Origin: Cyanophora paradoxa CCMP329
Taxonomy: Eukaryota > Plantae > Glaucophyta
Length of the DNA: 64,000 bases
Assembly (NCBI GenBank): GCA_004431415.1
Contig: QPMI01000489.1
Coordinates: forward strand, 55,710 to 119,709
Reading direction: 5' to 3'
Part shown: positions 1-13,051 of the stretch, one piece after another
Position numbering within the stretch: the first letter of the stretch is position 1
Layout: each line of letters opens with the position of its first letter
Notes under the pieces: generated by a model
Databases searched by the model: none
Told to the model about the DNA's origin: nothing
The model's input: the letters and a program-made list of their open reading frames with translations, nothing else
Made by a program: the position numbers and the translations under genes

Positions 1-72
1 TCGGACTCGGGACTCACCAGGCGCCTCGCGTACGCAGCCGCCAGCCCGTTCTCGGACGGCGAGGGCGACTCG

Positions 73-3000
73 ATGATGATGTTCCCGCCGCAAGATGGAG
101 ACTTCCCGCTCGACGGGAACCCGCGGCTGCTCGACTCCCCCCGATCGCTCCCTGACATGAAGCTCATCAGTTCCAGCCCGGACACGCTGCCCCTGAACGG
201 GGCGCCGCCGTCAACGAGCATGGAATCGGACATGCCAGTCATTCGCATCGGCTCGCTCGAGATGCCCTCGCGGCTGGCGAAGGAGCCTGCGAAGAAGAAG
301 GCCCCTCCGAAGCCGCCCGTCGCGCAGAAGATCCCACACCTCGTGAAGACCCCGTTCGAGGAGTATATAGACGAGTACCACTGGTTCCGCGACAAGGCGA
401 ACCCCAAAGTCATGGAGTGCGCTACGCGCTGGAACGCGACATTTGATCCGCGCTCGCTGAGGCCGCGCAGGTACCTAGAATCCGAAAACACGTACGCGGA
501 AGCAATCATGAAGAACACGGAGGACCTTCAGACGACCCTGTACAACGAGTTCTGCTCCCGCTCGCTAGACGCGGATGCGGAGGCGCGCCCCGCCGATCGC
601 CCCACGCCGCGTCCGCGCGCCGCGGGCTCAGGCGCGCGCAGGTTCCCATTCGCGTCGATAACTACTACTACTACAAGCGCACGGAGCCCGACAAGCAGTA
701 CACGGTACGCGGCGGCGGCTGCAGCTGCCGCCGCGGCGCCCGCACGGCCGCCGCGGCCGACGCCTCCGCGCCCCTCCTCCGCAGGTCCACTGCCGAAAGT
801 TCGACTCGCTTGACGCCTCCGAAGAGGTTGTTTTCGACGAGAACGAGTGGGCAGAGGGCGAGGACTACTTCGAGGTGGGCGTACCCGTACCCCCCGCCTC
901 CGCCCCGCCGCCCCCACCGACGCGCGCCCGGCCCGGGTACAGCTTGGCGTCTTCGAGGTCGCGCCGAACCACAACATAGTCGCCCTGGGCACCAACACGA
1001 CCGGTGACGAGCGGTTCACCGTATACTTCAAGGCGGGCTTATCTGCTTCGCCCTATCTGCCTCTCCGGGATTCAAACCCGCCCCTCCTCGCAGGACCTGG
1101 GTACCGGCTCGCTCCTGGACGACGAGATTCCGGTGCGTCTGCCCGCCTTCCCCCCCGCCCCTCTCTCCGCGCCTCGCCTCCTGAAGCCGCCGCCAGAACG
1201 TAAACACGCTCCGCTGGGCCAACGACAACTCGAGCGTCCTGTACACGGTACCCCTCCCCCTCTCTGTCTGTCAGGCGATCCAACTCTATCGGCCACCGGG
1301 TGAACTTCCGCCTCAGGTGATCCACCCGACGACCGGGCGCTCGTACCGGCTCTACAGGCACCGCCTCGGTACACCCGTCGCCGAAGACGAGCTCATGCAC
1401 TCGGTGCGCCCCTCCCCCCACTCGCTTCCCTCCCCCGCCCCTTCAGAGCGCCCCCCTCCCGTCCTTCATCTGAGCGCCCCCCACCCCCTCCCCCTCCCCC
1501 CGCCACCCTGCAGGAGGACGACGAGGCGTTCGTGCTGAGCATCTCGATGACGAACAGCGGCAAATTCTTCCTCCTCCGCCTCGCCGGTGCGTGCGCGGGG
1601 CGAAGGCGGGCGGGGCGGGCCGCGCGCCCTGCGGCGGCCAGACTAGACGGGGCAGGCAGGCAGGCAGCAGCTAGCTCCATTGTAGGGACGGCTCCATTGT
1701 TCTAGATTCGGGGGGAGGGGGGGGGGGAGGGGGGGTGGGGTGGGGGGGTTAGCTTGACGGCTCAAGGGCGTTCGACCGACAGGCCCAGCCCATCCCATTC
1801 CAGCCCCGCCCCGCCCCGCCCCGCCCCGCTCCCCCAGCATTGTACCCCCCGCCTCACCCCCCGACCGCTTCTTCGTTCACAGACCAATCGACGGCTGAGG
1901 TTCGCTTCATGGACGCCGACGACCCGAAGGGCTACTTCCGCGTCCTGTACCCCCGCGAGCCCAACATCGCCTACTTCGTCGAGGTCCGATTCTTCGCACT
2001 CAATTTACCCGTACCCCCTGCAGCTCTGCGATCAGATTTGATCTCATCTGATCTGATCTGATTTCGAGCAGCACCACGGGAACAAGTTCTTCGTTCTCAC
2101 GAACGACGACGGCGCCGTCAACTTCAAGCTCGTGCAGGGTACCCCCTCGTTTCTTCCCCCCCCCTCGGCGTCGGTTTGAACAGCCGCGGGGCAGTACCCG
2201 TCATCTCGCCGCAGAAGAAGAACTGGCGGGAGGTCCTCGCCAGCAACGAGCAGGTACCGCTCCCGTACCCCCCTTCCTTCCCTTCCCGCCTTCCCGTACC
2301 CCTCACCGCCCCTTCCCGTACCCCCCTCTTTTGCAGGTGCTTCTGGAGCAGATGTTCGTGTACAAGCACCACTTAGTCCTCTTCTGCCTCCGCGACACCC
2401 ACCGCGTCATCAAGGTCAGATCCGATCCGATCCGAACCGATCCGATTTCTGATCCGATCTGATCTGATCCGACTTCTCCCCCCCTCCCATCGCTCAGATC
2501 ATGGACTTGTCGGACGGGGAGTGGCACACGGTCGAGTTCGGCGAGCGTCTCACAAGCGTCTGGCCGGGCAACTACGACGACGAGGACATTCGCATGGTCC
2601 GAGCGCACGTATATATAAGATCCACGGTTCAGTATAAGTCTAGAAGCCCAAAACGACATCCGCATGGTTCGAGCACAAGCACACACATAAGACCCGCGGC
2701 TCATATATGAGACTATAGACTGGGACCTACATATTATAAACTATAGATGACGAACACATCCGCATGGTCCGAGCGCACATATTCGACCCGCGTTTCAGTT
2801 TTGTTAGCTCGCTTAGGAGCTCAGAGCTCAGACTATAGACAGACTATAGACTGGGCCCGAGACACAAAGTCGAAGAGCCCAAGAGCACATCACTCTGTCT
2901 ATGTCTCCTTTCTTCCTGCCGAATATCTGCCTGATACCCCCCGCTCCCCCCCCCCCCAGATCACGGCGTACAAGACGAACAAGATCCGCTTCCTGAAGTC

Positions 3001-5137
3001 CTCCTTCCTCGACCCGGTACCCCCCTCCCCGCCCGCCGAATCCCCGTACCCCCCTCCGTTCCTAACAGGAGCGGCGGCTCCTTTTCGCAGGCGACGTACT
3101 ATGACTACGACATGGACAACCGCGCCAAGACGAAGCGAAAGGTCCGCAGCGAACGAAGCGAGGGCGGGCTAGCTGGCCGGCCAGCTAGCCAAGCCGGACG
3201 CTTAGACGGTTAGCTGCGACGAAGGGAAAGGTCCGGATCCGGGGGGGTGGGCGAGGGGAGGGCACGGTGCCAGCCAGACCTACAAGACCTATAGGGCGTA
3301 CCGGTAGCTAAGCCAGTCTTAGCCGGACGGGTCTGAGCCAGTCTCGGCCCGGTTAGCTGCGCCCCCTCCTCTCCCCCGCCGGGGCTGACAGACCGATCGA
3401 GCGCAGACCGACACGGTTCTGGGGGGGTACGTCCCGGCCATCTACCACCAGGAGGTCCGTTCAGCTCGAAGCGAGCGTACCCGTACCCGTGCCGAATCGT
3501 GCCCCGCCGTCCTGGTTCTGATTCTTCTGTCCCGGTTTCAGCGCATCTTCGCGACCGGTCACGATGGCGTGGAGGTGGGTTCCGGCCGTGTCTTTGCCCA
3601 CGACCTTTAGATTCACGCACCCCCCTCCGCCCAGATCCCCATCTCGCTCGTGTTCCGCAAGGATATGCGGGACCCCGAGAACGGCAACTACTGCCTGGTA
3701 CCCCCTTTCCGTGCACGCGTACCCCCGGGCTCCCGCGAACCCCGTACCCCAGATGGAGGCGTACGGCGCGTACGGCGGAAACAAGCACCCCCGCTTCGAT
3801 CCCCACAAGGTCCGAAAATCGCTGTACCCCTCAGCTCGCAGCTTATACCCCCCTGCAGCTCTCCCTCCTCGACCGCGGCTTCGTCTACGCGATCGCGCAC
3901 GTCCGGTACCCCCCTTTGCGCCTCCGTACCCCTCGACGGCCCTCACGCTCCCCCGCAGCGGCTCGGGCATGAGGGGACGCCAGTGGTACCTCCAGGGCAA
4001 GGTTTTCAACAAAAAGGTACCCCTCCCGCTTTCTTACATCGTTCGTTGCCCAACGGTGTACCCCAGAACACGTTTTACGACTTCATATCCTGCGCCAAGC
4101 ACCTCGTTAGCGCGGGGTACACCCGCCACGAAAGGTCCGCCGCCGTACCCCTCCGAAACGTTCTTTCCCCTTCGCCTTATCCCGAGCTTCCTTCCTTCCT
4201 TCCTGTACCCCAGGCTCGCGATCTACGGGCGCTCGGCGGGCGGACTCCTCATGGGCGCCGTGTTGAACATGGCCCCTGAGCTGTTCAAGGTCGCTGTCGT
4301 CGAGGTCCGCGTACCCCCCGGCGCTTCCCCCCCCACGCCCGCGACGTCTCCCGGTTCGAATCCGAGCAGGTGCCTTTCGTGGACTGCATCAACACGATGA
4401 TCGACCCGAGCATCCCGTGGGTCGCCTTCGAGTACTCGGAATGCGCGTACCCCCCTTCCCCTTCCTCCGCACTTTTCCCCTTGTAACCCAGGGCGCAGGG
4501 GGCGATCCCCGGTCCAGCCGAGAGATGTACGACTACATGAAGAGCTACAGGTACCCCTGGATCACTTCGCCCCCCCTCCCCCCCAACCTCCCGATCGTCA
4601 CTCACGCCCCGGCAGCCCGTACGACAACGTCAAGCCGCAGAACTACCCCCACATCCTAATCAGTGCGCCCATCTTGTACCCCCCCCCCCTCCACGCCACG
4701 CCGCCCGCCTATCCTCCGCCGCGCTCACCTCTCCTCAGCGACCGGCTGGAACGACCCCCGGGTACAGTACTGGGAGCCCACGAAGTGGACCGCCCGCCTC
4801 CGGTGCCCCTACCCCCCCTTTCCCTTCTTCCCCGTACCCCCGTTCCATCTTAACCCGGCCCGGGCGTACCCCCCAGGGCCGTGAAGGAAGACTCGAACAT
4901 TCTGCTGCTCCGGACGCACATCGCGGGTGCGCGGGGCGCCGGCGCCTTCGGGGGAGGCTAGAGAGGCTTTCCGCGCGGTGCTTTCCTAAGATGCAGGACT
5001 TTCCGATAAGGCTACGCCTTCCTCTCTGCCCTCCTCCCTCTCAACCCCCCCCCTCCCCCCGCAGGGCACATGGGGAGCACGGGGCGGTACGACCACCTCG
5101 AGGACCTCGCCTTCAACTACGCCTTCGTCATCGACAG
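73..5137 (+). CDS. Oligopeptidase B-like S9A serine peptidase, multi-exon host gene (frame is open back to position 1, so the true start may lie upstream)
   Basis: Spliced exons give PPVAQKIPH..DEYHWFRD..YLESENTYAE (N-terminus), nucleophile motif IYGRSAGGLLMGAVLN (~4220-4270), GWNDPRVQYWEPTKW (Asp) and GHMG (His, ~5065). Introns are mostly ~55-65 nt, GT/GC-AG. Confidence 0.9.
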
Positions 5138-5325
5138 GCGCCCGCCCGCCCGTCTCTTTAGCTCCAAAAGCTTTAGCTTCCTTAGCTTCCTACTTAGCTT
5201 CCTTCTTAGCTCTTGAAGAGTCGTTTTAGCTCTGTGTCTTCGTCATCGACCGGCGCCCGCCCCGCTCCACTCCGCTCTGGGTGGGTGAACGCTCACTCGC
5301 CTGTCGGCCGCCTCCGCGTGCGCAG

Positions 5326-8300
5326 GCTGGAGGTGCAGCGGCACATCACGGTGGCGCAGCCGCTGGTCAAGGTCGTCCCGCCGACTGCCCTCGCCCCCGT
5401 AGACCTCATCCGCATGTTCCAGGGCTTCCAGGTCCGTCGAGTTGACCGATCTAATCCCCGTCAGCCAATGGGTCGGTTTGATAATATAAGCCAATTTAGA
5501 TTAGACGAGATTCGGGGCTCCTCTAGACGACGCCTTTCAAGGCTTTGGATGCTTGAGACGGCTCTTGCTTGTCCCCAGTTTCATCGAGAGCCCGGCTTCT
5601 TAAGACGGCCTTGGTCTAGTGTGGGGCATGCCTAACCAACGCGCCCGCCGTCTTAAGACGGCCTTGTTAAGACGGCCTTGGTCTAGTGTGGCTCGTCTAA
5701 CCAACGCACGCGCCCCTCGCCTCGCCTCGCCCCACCAACGTGGTCGAACAAACTCCGAGACTCTTTCCCACCGACGCACGCGCCCGCCCCTCGCCTCGCC
5801 CTCAGATCACGATGGCGCTGCACGCGGCGCTGGAGCTCGGCCTCTTCGACCACCTCGCCCGCGCCGGCCGCGCCTCCTGCGACGCCCTCGCAGAGGCCGT
5901 CAACTGCAGGTCCGCCCGCAGCATAGCATCGGGGAGGGGAGGGAGGGAGGATGGCGAGCTAGCTGGGTAGCTGGGCAGCTGGGTGGCTGGGCCGGCCCAG
6001 CCCAGCGTCGCGCTAAGGGCTCCTGTACAAGCGCTGAAAGCTCTGGACGCGCCTCACCTCCTTCGCCCCGCGGCGCAGCGAGCGGGGTACGCGGATCCTG
6101 GCGGACGCGCTGGTGGCGGCCGGCCTCCTGGAGCTCATCGACGGCGACTACACAAACTCCGAGGTCCGCCCGCCCCTTAAAGAGGGCTTTCTAGGGCTTC
6201 TGGGGCTTTCTAGGAAGGTCCGCGGGGGAGGCTGTGGGGGCGAGGGGCGGCGCGAGACGTAGGATGGGGGGACTGGCGCCGGCGTCTCTGTTTCAGCAAG
6301 TGGCGGCTTCTTGGGGCTTCTAGGGCCACTCCGAGGTCCTTGGTCCGCGGGGAGAAGGCTGCGGGGTCGAGGGGCGAGCGGCTTTATGGGGCTCCAGAGT
6401 GCGAGGCAAAGTCGAGGAAGAGCCCGAGAGGGAAGGAAAGAAGAAGAAGACGAAGTTAACTAAGCAAGCTTACTAACTGACTAGCTAGCTAGCTAACTGC
6501 TTAGCTAGCTAACTAACTGATTAGCTAGCTAACTAACTGATTAGCTAGCTAACTAACCAACTAGCGCACTAACTGGACGATTCCGGGGTCTTCGCGCCGG
6601 CTCACCCCGCCCGCCCCCCCGCCCGCCCGCGCAGGTGGCGGCGACGCACCTCGTCCGCGGCCTCGCCAACTACATCGGCGACGTGCGCCGCTACCCCCCT
6701 GCCCGCCCCGATCCCACTACCCCTCCTCCCTGCCCCCCTCCCCCCCCCCCCCCCCCCTGCACCCGAGCGCCCTTCCTTCTCCGCCCTCTTCTCCCTCTCC
6801 TCCCTTCCTTCACCCTCTACCCCCTCCCTGAGCCCTGTACCCCCGGCAGGTGCGGAACTACCTCGTGAACGACTTCATGTGGGACGCCATCCGCCGCCTT
6901 CCCGAGGCCGTCCGCGACGGCGGGCCCAAGGTCAGATCAGATCGGATCCGATCAGATCAGATCAGATTTGATCTGAGCCCATCTGAGATTCGATCCGATC
7001 TGATCTGATTTGATCCGAGCAGAGGCCTGCGGAGGCGGAGGCGGAGGGGGGCCCCGGCGTCGCCCTCTCCCACATGCAGCAGGCCCGCCCTGTACCCCCC
7101 TCTCCTCTCCCCCCCTCTCCCGCTTCCTTCTCTCTTGTTCTTCTTTCTTTCGATGCGCTGAGGCCTTTTTGCGAACGCTCGCAGCATTGGGAGAACGTGG
7201 CCCGCTACAATACCGTTCAGTCGGCGAGGTACCCCTCCCGCCCTCTTTCCCCCCCCCCCCTTCCTGAGCCTCTCTCGCCTCGTTCGCAGCGTCGGGCAAC
7301 AGGTTACGTCCCTGCTCGCCCCCTGGGCCGGTGCGCGTTCTGTACCCCTCCACTCGTCCCCTCCCACTTACCCTCCTGCACCCCCAGCGAGGCACAAGCC
7401 GCTGCACGTGCTGGACGTCGGCTGCGGCGCCGGTTTCCTGGGTACGAAAGTCGTACCCCCCAGATCCTTCTTATCCAGTTTCTTCGTCTCACGCCTTCTA
7501 ATTTCCCTTCCGCGCAGGCTTCAGCGTGCTACAGAGGCACGCCCACGCGCGCCTGTGGAGCCTGGACTGGCCCTCGATCATCTCGATCGCCCGCGGCTAC
7601 GGTACCCCCCTTCTCTCCCCTCCCCTCCCCTCTCTTTCGCTTACCTTCTTCTTTCGTTCGCCTCAGCCGAGCAGCTTCAGCTGAGCGAGCGCGTGACGTT
7701 CATCGAGGGCGACCTATTCCTTACCCCCCTCGGCGGGCCCTACGACCTCATCGTCCTCGGCCAGGTCCGTACGCCCCTCCGCCACTCGGATTGCGTACCC
7801 CCCCCCCTCCCGAGCTTATTCCCCTCTTTTTCGGCGCAGGTCCTGCACCAGCTTTCGGAGGAGCAGTGCAACCTTTTCCTGCGGCGAATCCTGACGGTCC
7901 TCAAGCCCTCCGGACGCGTCGTCATTCACGAAACTGTCTCGTGCGCCGTACCCCTCCCTCCCTTTCTCCCCCGCCCCGATCCCCCCGGGGGGGTACACGG
8001 GCGAGCGTCCGAGCGCGGTGGGCGGGGGTACAGGGGCCTCGACGACGGCTCCTCCTCCATCCACCCCTCCCTCTTCTCCCTCTCCATGCTCGTCCAGGTC
8101 CGCGTACCTTCCAAAAACCTCGCCTACCCCCCTTTGACCCCTCTACCCCCCAAAAGGCACCCGAGGGCGAGGCGTACCCCCTGTCCTGGTACCAGCGGGT
8201 CCTCTCGGACGCGGGCTTCGCCCCCCCCTCCCTGCACCACCTCCAGGTCCGTCTTCTCTCCCCCCCTCCCTCCGGCTTCTGTACCCCCTCACGCCGTCGG

Positions 8301-8403
8301 ATCGGGCGGACAGGGCGCCGGCGAGAAGCTGCTTGTCACGTCGTCCAACCTCATCCCGCTCCGCGCGCGGCGCTACGGGAAGGAGCGCGACAGCCGCCGC
8401 TGA
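5326..8403 (+). CDS. SAM-dependent O-methyltransferase (dimerisation domain + Methyltransf_2-type domain), multi-exon; probably the C-terminal part of the peptidase gene
   Basis: ALHAALELGLFDHL..SERGTRILADALVAAGLL (dimerisation domain), VLDVGCGAG (SAM motif I), VTFIEGDLF, YDLIVLGQVLH, LKPSGRVVIHE; stop at 8401-8403. Confidence 0.85.
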
Positions 8404-9557
8404 TCGTCACCGCCCGCCTGCGCCCGAGCTGTCGGGATCGTCTAGATATAGGCCCAGAACGATTTCGCGATCGCGCGGTGCGCGTATGCATGCACGTGCC
8501 CCGAGCTGTGAACCGAATTCGTATCATCGGATTCGAAAGCGCTGTCTCCATAATATGCGATTAAGCTTTCTGTGCCGCGGTCTCCGCGATCCCTAGCGAG
8601 GGGCTCTTGACTAATTATAAGTGAGCGAAAGCACCCGGCCCTGCCTGTGCTCTTCATGATCGTGATCAGCTGCAGGCTTGTCTTGGGTACGGTAGCCAGC
8701 ACATATATATTAGCTTGGTAGAATATTGGTATACGTACGTCAGGCCTAGGCGGCTAATATAACGCGTTCAATTCTTAGAAGCCTTTAAAAAACCGAAACG
8801 TTATAATTACGCCTTGATCTATATGAAAGTAACTACATGACTGGCGGGCGCCTGTTCGATAAGCTAGAGATTGAATGAAGATAACTGCGAACAACAATTG
8901 CAGTGGGACATACTGCCTTGCGGATGAAACTCAGTGACTCTGCAAATGCTAAGATGTGATGCCTTGAGTACTTGAAAAGCCAGAGAGTGAAAGAAAGCCA
9001 CTTTCAACACACCGATATACGGACATGCATACATACTGCAGCTGCATGCTGAGAGAGCTGTTCGGACTGACAGCGGTCCGGCGGAATCGCACTGCGCACT
9101 GGTGCTGTACATCCTACAAATCAAAGGCTACGTTGAGGTTCTGAACTGTTCTAAACATGATCGGCGATCAGCACGAGGGTACATCAGACCCACTGCAACT
9201 GCATGATGGAAAACTGCAATGCCTTGCGACTAGTATGGACGGCGAGCGCGCACTATACAGAATACAAATGACTCGAAGCAAGGAAGGGCGGACGCAACCT
9301 CACGCCGCCGCGGTCTGCCCCTCTGTCGCACTCGTCCCGAGGACCTGGCGGCTAGCAGTCAGGGAGGAGTAGACAGAATAACGGCGAATTCAGATCGAAG
9401 CCCGCGCGCCTGCGTGCACCCGTGAGCCCCGGAGTGGAGCCAGCGCTTGAACGCGCAGTGCAGGGCGGCGTCTGGAAGCCGGCGTCAGGGCCGGCGGCTC
9501 GCCGGGAGGGGGGGGGGGCAGGGGGGGGTACGGCACCTTCCCGGAGGCAGTACTTCT

Positions 9558-10511
9558 TCAGGGCACCGGAAATGGCGCACGTGGCGAGGAGGCAGAGATT
9601 CGGGCACGCGTGCGCGTGCGCTGCTGTCTGAACGAGCGAGCCTGGCGAGTGGGGTTGCGTGCGTTAGCTTGGGGCGGGGGTACAACGGCGGAGCGGGGCT
9701 CGGGGCGGTCCGCGCTCACTTGACCCGAAATCGAGCAGGGCCTCCGCGAGGCTGAGGAGGGATCGGGATTGAGAGGGGAACAGACAAAGAGAAAGAGAAA
9801 CGGGGGTACGCGAACCTCTCCGAAGCGACGAGCACAGCCTCCTCCCGATCGTCGAGCATCGCGAGCGCGGCCGCCCCGTGGTAAAGGCACAGGCCTGCGG
9901 GGGTACGTCGGCGGCGCGGCGCGGGTGGCCGGATGGGCAGCGGCGCGCCTGCGTCCAGGAGGGGTAGGCGGTGCAGCCCCTGGAGGACGTTCACGCGGGA
10001 TACCGCGGCGCAGAGTGCGCCCTCGGCCATCCCGCGCTGCGTCTTGCTCAATGCTGCGCTGCTGGCTTTGCCTCCGAACTCGAGAGCCAGCGCGCGAAGG
10101 TTCTGGTGCCTGCGGGAGCAATCGGACTCGGATGAAAGCTCCAGGGCGGAGGAAAGTCGGAACGCACGCGACGAAATCGCCGTTCAGGACAATGTGCGCG
10201 GCGGTCTCCATCGCGCCTTGCTTCACCGCGTTCGACGTGACGCCCTTGAGGAGGACCCGCGTGGAGGGCCTCTCAGGAGGGCCGCCTGTGCCGCCCTTCT
10301 TGCACTCTGCGACCCGCTGAAGGAAGCTGAAGGTCTTGGCCGTGCTCTCCCGCACGTGAACGGTCCCTGCAGCGGCATCTCGCTGCTTGACCCCTGCAGC
10401 TGCGGCCTTGTCCGCCTTATCCTTCTCCCGCTCCCGGTTCTCAGCGCCCTCCTTCTCCTTCTGCGGCGTGCCGGGAGGGCCGCGCGCTGCTTCCGAATGT
10501 GTCTCGCTCAT
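9558..10511 (-). CDS. Hypothetical host protein, probably spliced, divergent from the glutaminase gene
   Basis: ATG at 10511 opens a charged, protein-like frame (MSETHSEAARG..VLLKGVTSNAVKQGAMETAAHIVLNG). No family recognised and exon structure unresolved. Confidence 0.3.
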   Translation of the reverse strand: MSETHSEAARGPPGTPQKEKEGAENREREKDKADKAAAAGVKQRDAAAGTVHVRESTAKTFSFLQRVAECKKGGTGGPPERPSTRVLLKGVTSNAVKQGAMETAAHIVLNGDFVACVPTFLRPGAFIRVRLLPQAPEPSRAGSRVRRQSQQRSIEQDAARDGRGRTLRRGIPRERPPGAAPPTPPGRRRAAAHPATRAAPPTYPRRPVPLPRGGRARDARRSGGGCARRFGEVRVPPFLFLFVCSPLNPDPSSASRRPCSISGQVSADRPEPRSAVVPPPQANARNPTRQARSFRQQRTRTRARISASSPRAPFPVP

Positions 10512-10843
10512 GCCGGGAGCTGCCGCATGCAGGTGTGAGGGCTCCTCCGCAAGCTGGCCTTTCTGTTGCGCGCACGCCGCGAGAACGCTGTTGCTGCGAT
10601 GGGCGCGTGCTTTGCAACCTGGAAAGATGCCTGACGCGAAGACGCCTCGTGTGACTTCTGGTGCCCAGCTTAGCTGGCAAGCGCGGTGTACCCGGGTCGG
10701 ACGAGTTCCCCGCCGAACTAGCGCCGATTCTCTCGCCGAATCGCCGTAGGAGCGCCCGCGCAGCGCTTTCAGCATCGTGCACAGTAGCGGAATACCGCAA
10801 AGCCGACCCCCCCGGTGGCGCCAGCGGCGCGGAGGTTTGGATC

Positions 10844-13051
10844 ATGATCCACACGGCGGCCGGCCGCCGCAGCCGGCGGCTGCTGCTGGCTTTGCCCCTT
10901 CTGGCGGTCATTTTTATGGGTCTGGCGTGCTCGGCGGCAGCCGCCGGCCAGGAGGACGCCGGCAAGGCTTCGAAGCCTGAGCAGCCGCCCCCGCGGCCGC
11001 CGCCGACGAGCATCCCGGCCATGAGCATCCGCATGCATGCACAGCGCTTTGCCGGCGAATCCTTCCCGGAATTCGTGAGCTCCGGCCCGCGCCCCTCCGG
11101 ATTCTAGCTTCTCGTGTCTGACGGCGCCGGCGCCAGGCGGCCCGCACAATGCTGGGAGAGGCTCACAAGAAGAAGGGCGACGCGTCGGAGAAGAACTACG
11201 TCTTCAAGTGAGCATCCGCCCCCGCGCGCCCGGCCCGGCGCCCTCCCGGCGCCGCTCACGTGCGCGCCCACCGCAGCCGCCTCGAGCCGTTCCGCAACGC
11301 TAAGAACGACAAGTACGCCCCCACGTGGCCCGCGGAAGACGCCGAGAAGTACGTACCCCTTCCGAGACCGCGGTACCCCTCCCGTAACGCGGTACCCTCC
11401 AGGTACGCCGCGGCGATCCGGGACGAACGGTTCCTCGAGGACCTCGACCACCCCGAGTTCTCCCGCCGCATCTCCTGGTACTGTACCCCCCGCACGCCCT
11501 CGCTCCCGTACCCCGCCCCCTCCCTAACCCGTCGGACTTTGCGCCCCCCGCAGGCTGTACCCTGACGACGGTCCGCCTCCGTCGATTTCCCTTCACCTGT
11601 CTTCCCCCCCTAAATCGAGCGTCGTACCCTGCAGGCTGCATGGTGCGGGCTGAGCTCGTGCGAATGAAGGCCGTCGAGCGGGGGCTACCCATGCCTGCCA
11701 AGGTTCTCCCCCGCCGCCCCCCCGGGCTCCAAGCGTGCGTATCCGTTCCGAATCGCGTACCCGTCAGGTGTTCTCCTTCGGGTCCCTGGCCGTAAAATCG
11801 GAGAACGCGCCCGTTGGCGAGAAGCACATCTACTGGGGCTGGTGCGCCGCTACCCCCCGTATTCCACTATCGTGTACCCCCACCGCCACTTCCGAACGCA
11901 CGTACCCCCGCAGGCACGTGGCCGCCCTCGTGCGAGTGAACGGAGTGCTCATGGCGATCGACCCGAGCATCGGTGCGCCCGTACCCCCTCGAGAGGCTCC
12001 CCGCCTCCCCCCCCCTTCGTCTTCTAACCCGGTACCCCCGGCCGGCAGAGTACGAGCCGATGATGCCTCTGCAGCGGTGGTACGACCTGCAGACGCAGGG
12101 GCCCGTGGCCGGCCCCCTCGAGGGCGCCTCCATTTGCCACGGGTACGCGGACGGCGCCTCTCCTGCACACCCTGTACCCCCATCTAGACGGGTTGGTCCC
12201 CGCACGGAGCTTAGATTCAGACAAGAAGGGGGAGCCTAACCCATAAAACGAGAGAGATACGAGGCAGGAGACTGTTGGGGGGCGTCTTGAAGCTTCTTAA
12301 AGCTTAAGCTGCGCGCAGGTACTCGTACGACCCGGACAGCGAGTGCGAGCCGAGCAGGCCGGAGCCCGAGGAGGTCGTCTTCGACATCCTCGACGAAGAC
12401 CGCTACCTCGGCAAGGTCCGATCCGCCGGGCTATAGCTAGCGCTAGAGGCTTGGGATAGATGAGGGAAGGACGCTTAAGAGGCGGCCTGCTTTGTTCTCG
12501 ATCACAAGCAAGAAGGATGAAAAGTCCGCCGGGCTAGAGGCTCGAGTCTTTCGAAGCTTTAGCTTTCGTTTAGCCTTGGTCCTCGACGAGGACCGCTACC
12601 TCGGCAAGGTCCGATCCGCCGGCCGCGGGCTAGAGGCTTTTGAATCTTATATGAGCTTTATATTTAGCCTTTGTTTGGGGATCGGAGGGATGAGAGGTGG
12701 AATGAGAAAGGATGGGATGGGATGGTATAATATGTGTGGATGCGATTAATCGAGGCGCGCCCGGCCGGCGGCGGGGGCGCTGGCGGCGTGGTTTGGTCGG
12801 CGGGGTTTCGAAGGTTTGCAAGGCAGTGGATATCTAGAGCACTAGGCGTGCCCCTGGTGTCCCCTCTATCTACCGCTGCGAGTGACTGACCGCTGCGCCC
12901 GCAGGAGTGGCGGCGGCAGAAGAGCCTGGGGCGGGACCCGCACGAGGTGCTGGGGCGGTACCCCCCCTGGGTCGAGGCCCCCGAGGAGCGTCCGGAGGGG
13001 GGCGCGGGGCCGGCGGCGCTCCTCCGCGGCGGCTCTCGGAGGCGCGCGTGA
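10844..13051 (+). CDS. Secreted protein-glutamine glutaminase-like enzyme, multi-exon
   Basis: Signal-like LLLALPLLAVIFMGLACSAAA. Spliced exons give RRISWLYPDDGCMVRAEL (Cys), YWGWHVAALVRV (His), MAIDPSI (Asp) and the C-terminal EWRRQKSLGRDPHEVLGAVPPW. Confidence 0.8.
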
